Source: Gemmatimonas sp. (GTDB taxonomy: Bacteria; Gemmatimonadota; Gemmatimonadetes; Gemmatimonadales; Gemmatimonadaceae). Taken from it: a stretch of DNA of 64,000 nt. Below the pieces are notes generated by a model. The model ran no database searches. It had not been told where the DNA came from and saw nothing but the letters and a program-made list of their open reading frames with translations. Shown here piece after piece: positions 59,641 to 64,000 of the stretch (its first letter is position 1; every line of letters begins with the position of its first letter). A program made the position numbers and the translations under genes. The DNA lies in the NCBI GenBank assembly GCA_965279375.1, contig OZ257156.1:4384001-4448000 (forward strand). The letters are read 5' to 3'.

Positions 59641-60890
59641 GCACGTTGCGCGTGCACACGACCGGCGTGGGCCTTGGACGGCTCCGCGCCGCGGCCGTCG
59701 TCGTGCTGGGTACGCTCGCTCTCTCCGTGAGCGCACCGGTCGGCTCGGCGCAGCAGCCGCCGGCCACGGCGACCACCGATGCACGCCTTCGCCAGCAGCA
59801 GGACGAGCTCGACAGGCTGCGCCGAGAGCGCAGCACGCTCGAGCGGCGCATGGAAGAGTTGCAGCGGAGCGCACGCACACTCGCGGATGAAGTCATGAAT
59901 CTCGAGGCGCAGCGCGTCACCACGCTGCGGCTCGTGGAAGCGCTCGACCGTCAGCTCAGTACCATCACGCGCGAAGTGACCAACGCGAACGAAGGGATGG
60001 TGCAGGCGGAGCAGGAGCTATCCTCGAAGAAGGGCATCCTCCACCGGCGCATGGTGGACATCTACAAGCGTGGCAGTCTGTACGATGTGGAGGCGATGCT
60101 CTCGGCACAGAGCTTCGCGTCGCTGGTGGCGCGCTACAAATATCTGCACGAGCTCACCCTGCACGATCGCACGCTCGTGCGCCGCGTGGAGGCACTGCGC
60201 AACAAGATCGCCGCGCAACGCCAGCTACTCGTGCGCTTGCAGGAAGAGATCACGTGGAACCGCGCGGAAAAGTCACGTGAAGCGCAGCGTCTCCGTGATC
60301 TCGAGGGCAACCGCAAGCGCAATCTCACCGTCGTGCAGCGCACCACCGAGCAGACGCGCGATCGGCTGACGCAACTGGCGCGCGACGAGTCGCGTGTAGC
60401 AGGAGTGATCGCGGCGTTGGAAACCGCGCGCCGCCGCGCCGAGATGGCCCCCAATGCGCGTCCAGCGGCGCCATCGAGCATTCGTACGTCGGATCTGGGA
60501 CGCCTCGACTGGCCGGTGGATGGCACGATCCTCTATCGCTTCGGTCGTGTGGTGAACCCCAACAACACCACGACCCGCTGGAACGGCGTCGGCATTGGGA
60601 CGGCAGTGGGCAGTGCGGTGCACAGCATCGCGGCTGGCGAAGTCGTGCTGGCGGACAACGTCGGTACCTATGGTCCGACCGTCATCGTGCAGCATGGTGG
60701 TGGCGACTATTCGGTGTACGGCTCGCTCTCGCGCATCGATGTGCGGAAGGGACAGGAGATCACCAAGGGGCAAACGATCGGCGCCGTTGGCGCGACCGAT
60801 CCGGACCTGCCGCCGCATCTGCACTTCGAGATCCGCCCCAAGGGACGCGCCGTCGATCCGCTCGAATGGCTGCGCAGTCAGCGTCGCTGA
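59637..60890 (+). CDS. envC: EnvC-like coiled-coil + M23 domain murein hydrolase activator
   Basis: Signal peptide; long coiled coil; WPVDG, WNGV (degenerate HxxxD), HLHFEIR, VDP. Confidence 0.88.
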   Translation: MSTLRVHTTGVGLGRLRAAAVVVLGTLALSVSAPVGSAQQPPATATTDARLRQQQDELDRLRRERSTLERRMEELQRSARTLADEVMNLEAQRVTTLRLVEALDRQLSTITREVTNANEGMVQAEQELSSKKGILHRRMVDIYKRGSLYDVEAMLSAQSFASLVARYKYLHELTLHDRTLVRRVEALRNKIAAQRQLLVRLQEEITWNRAEKSREAQRLRDLEGNRKRNLTVVQRTTEQTRDRLTQLARDESRVAGVIAALETARRRAEMAPNARPAAPSSIRTSDLGRLDWPVDGTILYRFGRVVNPNNTTTRWNGVGIGTAVGSAVHSIAAGEVVLADNVGTYGPTVIVQHGGGDYSVYGSLSRIDVRKGQEITKGQTIGAVGATDPDLPPHLHFEIRPKGRAVDPLEWLRSQRR

Positions 60891-61000
60891 CGACGCGACT
60901 GCTGGCGTGGGCGTTGATTCGGTGACGGTTCGCTGTTGATTCAAGCGTGACTCCACCCCGAGTCAACGTCGATTCGACCGCGACTTCCCACGCCCTGATC

Positions 61001-62002
61001 ATGCCCGCCAAGAAATCCGCCGCCAAGTCGCCTGCTGCGACGCCCGCCGCCAAGAAGGCCACCGCCAAGAAGGCCGCCGCCAAGAAGGCCTCGCCCAAAG
61101 CGCCGCCGATCACCGCACCCATTACTGTCGATGCGGGCGACGCCGCGGCCGACCGTGCGCCGCTCGGCGCGCACGTCTCCATCGCCGGTGGAACCTGGGA
61201 AGCGGCCGCGCGCGCGCGCGAGATCAGCGCGACGGGCTCACAGATCTTCACCAAGCAGGCCAATCGCTGGCTGGAACGCGACATCGAACCCGCCGAAGCG
61301 ACGCAGTACACCACGGCGATGCGCGAGACGACAGTACGCTGGACGTGCGCGCACGATTCGTATCTCATCAACCTCGCGTCGCCCGACGCCGAGCTTCGCG
61401 CGCGCTCGACAGAAAGCTTCCGCGCGGAACTGCGCCGCTGCCATGCACTCGGACTCGATGCGCTCGTCTCGCATCCCGGCAATTTCATGGACGATCGCGC
61501 GAGCGGCATCGCGCGCAACGCCGACGGCATCACGCAGGCGCTGGAAGCGGAGCACGGACCGACACGGCTGCTGATGGAGCTCACCGCAGGACAGGGCACG
61601 GTGCTGGGCAGCACCTTCGAAGAAATGGCCGAGCTGCTGTCGCGCATTCCCGCAGCGCTGCGTAAGCGCGTGGGCGTGTGTCTGGACACGGCGCACGTCT
61701 GGGCCGCCGGCTACGACTTGATCACCGACTACGACGGCGTCATCGCCAAGTTCGACGACGTGATCGGCCTCGCACATCTGGGCTGCCTGCACCTCAACGA
61801 CTCCAAGGCCAAACTGGGCTCGCACCTCGATCGACACGAGTTGATCGCGGAGGGGACGATTGGCGGAGACGTCTTCCGCCGCATCATGACCGATGATCGG
61901 TTGGCGACAGTACCGAAGATCATCGAGACTCCGAAAGGCGATACGCCCGCCGAAACCGACGGGCGTATGCTCCGATTGCTGCGCTCCTACGCCGCGGGCT
62001 GA
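61001..62002 (+). CDS. nfo: Endonuclease IV with a Lys/Ala-rich N-terminal extension
   Basis: GAHVSIAGG, HDSYLINL, HPG, DTAH, HLNDSK, DRHE, IETP. Confidence 0.95.
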   Translation: MPAKKSAAKSPAATPAAKKATAKKAAAKKASPKAPPITAPITVDAGDAAADRAPLGAHVSIAGGTWEAAARAREISATGSQIFTKQANRWLERDIEPAEATQYTTAMRETTVRWTCAHDSYLINLASPDAELRARSTESFRAELRRCHALGLDALVSHPGNFMDDRASGIARNADGITQALEAEHGPTRLLMELTAGQGTVLGSTFEEMAELLSRIPAALRKRVGVCLDTAHVWAAGYDLITDYDGVIAKFDDVIGLAHLGCLHLNDSKAKLGSHLDRHELIAEGTIGGDVFRRIMTDDRLATVPKIIETPKGDTPAETDGRMLRLLRSYAAG

Positions 62003-62029
62003 TCGCGGCGCAGGAGCGTCGAAGGCAGA

Positions 62030-64000
62030 TCAGTACATCAGCTTGTAGACGAGGCTGAGATTGCGCCCGGGGTTGTAGGCGAAGCTCTTGATGCGGCTCG
62101 TGGCATCGCGGTACTGCTTGTCGAGCACGTTGTCGGCGCGCAGCGTGATCGAGTGCACCATGCTACGCACGCTCACCAGCCACGTGGCGCTCAGGTTGAG
62201 GAGGGTGTACGCGTCCGTCGCGACATCAAGCTCGTCGCCGCTCACCTTCGTCTGGCTGAAGACCCGGCGCGCATCACCGCCGAACGACAGGCGGCCATTG
62301 TCGTAGCGCAGCGATGCGCCGAGTCGCCCCGCTGGGATGTACGGCAAGTCGCCTGAGCCATCGCGATACTGCGCGCGCGTGAAGTCGCCCATCACGCCGC
62401 CCACGAGTCGATGCACCAACTTGGTCTCCACCTGCCCTTCAATGCCGTACAGCTTTGCATCGGCTTGCGCGTAGTTGACCAGCGGCACCTGCGCATCGCC
62501 CTCCTGCACTTCGCCGACGGCACGAGGCAGGATGTAGCTATCGATCAGATTCAGGTACGTGCTGACCTGCGCGAACGCACGCGCGGACTGCGCGCGCAGT
62601 CCAGCCTCGAGCCCCGTGCTCTGTTCGGCCTTGAGGTTGGGATTGCCCTGATCGAAGGTGCCCACGGCCGCGTGGAAGCCGTTGGCGTACATCTCCTCAA
62701 CCGTGGGCGCGCGAAAGCCACGCGATGCGTTCGCCGTGAACGACACCTCGTGCGACACCGCGATGCTCACTCCGAGTGAGGCCGCGACGTTGTCGAAGCT
62801 CTTGGACTGCGCGGCGCCAAAACGCGCGACCTCGTCTACATCCTTGGGATCGGTGGTGATGGAGAAACGATCGTAGCGCGCGCCAAGCTGCAGACGCGGC
62901 GTGTGCTCTTCCACCGCCCCGGAACCGAGCGGCAATTCCTGATAGACGTAGGCGGCGACGTTGTTATTGCTCGCGCCTGGCGTGAACGCTTCTTCGCCAG
63001 TGGGGGTGTACTGCCGGAAGAGCCCCTGCACGCCGAACGCGCCGGTGCTGCGTCCGAACTTGGTGCGTCCGAGCACGTTCACCGTCTGCGTCTTGAGCGC
63101 GAAGTTCGTGCCGATCTCACCCGACGGTTCGATCTCATCGTGCGAGTACGACTGCGCGGTTCCATCGATGCGCAACGTCGCGATCGGGGCGAAGCCCGTG
63201 CTGATCGTGGACTGCAATGCCCCCATGCGGCGCACGCCATCCAGCGTGATCGCCTCGTCGCCTTCCGGATGTGGGAGGCCGTAGCGGAAATCCATCTGGC
63301 GATAGACCGCTCCGACCGACACGCGAGAACCCACGTAGCCGGCGCCGGCCGTGACGTTGTCCGTCTTGCCGTTGGTGTTGGGCTGCGTGCCACCGCCGCC
63401 AACGCGCATGTCGTCGAAGCTGCGGACGCCACCACGCGCGGTGAACGCGAGCCGCTGTGACAGCGGCACCGTAACGCCCGCTGAGACGACGCCGCCGGGC
63501 GTGACCGACTCGCCCTGCCCCATCACGTAGCCGGAAGAGCGCGACGGGATGTTGGTCGGGATGTCGTTGGAGATGACGTTGACGACACCACCTAACGCGT
63601 TGTTGCCGTACAGCAACGAGGCCGGACCGCGGATCACTTCGATGCGTTCCGCCGCACTGGGATCGACGGCGTTGAGGTGGTCCACCGCGGCCGACGAGAG
63701 GTCGCCGGCGCGCTCGCCGTCCTGCAGCACGAGGACGCGCTCGCCCGTGAGACCACGAATGACCGGCGCGCTGGCCATCGGGCCGTTGAAACGCGTGGCC
63801 ATGCCGGGCTCACCGGCCAATGTCTGGCCGATAGACGTGCTGAGGGCGCGCTGGAGTTCCTTGCCCGAGAGCTGGACCGTCGCCTGCGTGACGTTGAGCG
63901 GATCGGTGCCGGTGGGCGTCGCCGTGACGTTCACACTGGAGAGGCGTACCGTCGCGACGCGCATCGTGATGGTCACGCGCACATCCGGTCCGCTGGCGGC
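62030..64000 (-). CDS. TonB-dependent receptor (ZnuD-like); 5' end beyond the window
   Basis: PVIRG, IEVIRGPASLLYG, GGVVN, RAPT.EE, PGRN. Confidence 0.9.
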   Translation of the reverse strand, partial: AASGPDVRVTITMRVATVRLSSVNVTATPTGTDPLNVTQATVQLSGKELQRALSTSIGQTLAGEPGMATRFNGPMASAPVIRGLTGERVLVLQDGERAGDLSSAAVDHLNAVDPSAAERIEVIRGPASLLYGNNALGGVVNVISNDIPTNIPSRSSGYVMGQGESVTPGGVVSAGVTVPLSQRLAFTARGGVRSFDDMRVGGGGTQPNTNGKTDNVTAGAGYVGSRVSVGAVYRQMDFRYGLPHPEGDEAITLDGVRRMGALQSTISTGFAPIATLRIDGTAQSYSHDEIEPSGEIGTNFALKTQTVNVLGRTKFGRSTGAFGVQGLFRQYTPTGEEAFTPGASNNNVAAYVYQELPLGSGAVEEHTPRLQLGARYDRFSITTDPKDVDEVARFGAAQSKSFDNVAASLGVSIAVSHEVSFTANASRGFRAPTVEEMYANGFHAAVGTFDQGNPNLKAEQSTGLEAGLRAQSARAFAQVSTYLNLIDSYILPRAVGEVQEGDAQVPLVNYAQADAKLYGIEGQVETKLVHRLVGGVMGDFTRAQYRDGSGDLPYIPAGRLGASLRYDNGRLSFGGDARRVFSQTKVSGDELDVATDAYTLLNLSATWLVSVRSMVHSITLRADNVLDKQYRDATSRIKSFAYNPGRNLSLVYKLMY

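Noticed and set aside
59637..60890. Degenerate M23 active site (WNGVG instead of HxGxD) as a novelty
   Set aside because: Expected for EnvC-type amidase activators next to ftsEX

Overview
High-GC bacterial chromosomal segment. Gene content and protein style suggest a Gemmatimonas-like (Gemmatimonadota) genome; this is an inference, not a search result. It holds about 50 CDS and one stand-alone tRNA-Ile(GAT). I found no rRNA, CRISPR array, integrase, transposase or prophage. The left half is accessory: a PhoX-like phosphatase coupled to a putative di-heme peroxidase, a Rieske protein, a GH18-deacetylase-GT2/mprF/acvB envelope operon, a deoxyhypusine-synthase-like gene, LytS/LytTR, copZ-csoR, a TonB receptor, dps, and a ferritin-like general-stress cluster. 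The right half is mostly core: typA, pdxA, surA, mfd, lepA, a GT9 heptosyltransferase, ftsEX-envC and nfo. The best candidate for an undescribed system is a tightly coupled operon at 53153-62002. In it, a STAS-HATPase kinase and a STAS-winged-helix partner sit with two sugar kinases, a stand-alone beta-barrel protein, a Cys/Met PLP-fold protein lacking its catalytic lysine, ftsEX-envC and endonuclease IV. This suggests a partner-switching, possibly DNA-damage-responsive, regulator embedded in division and repair genes. All product calls come from motif recognition by eye; no database searches were run.
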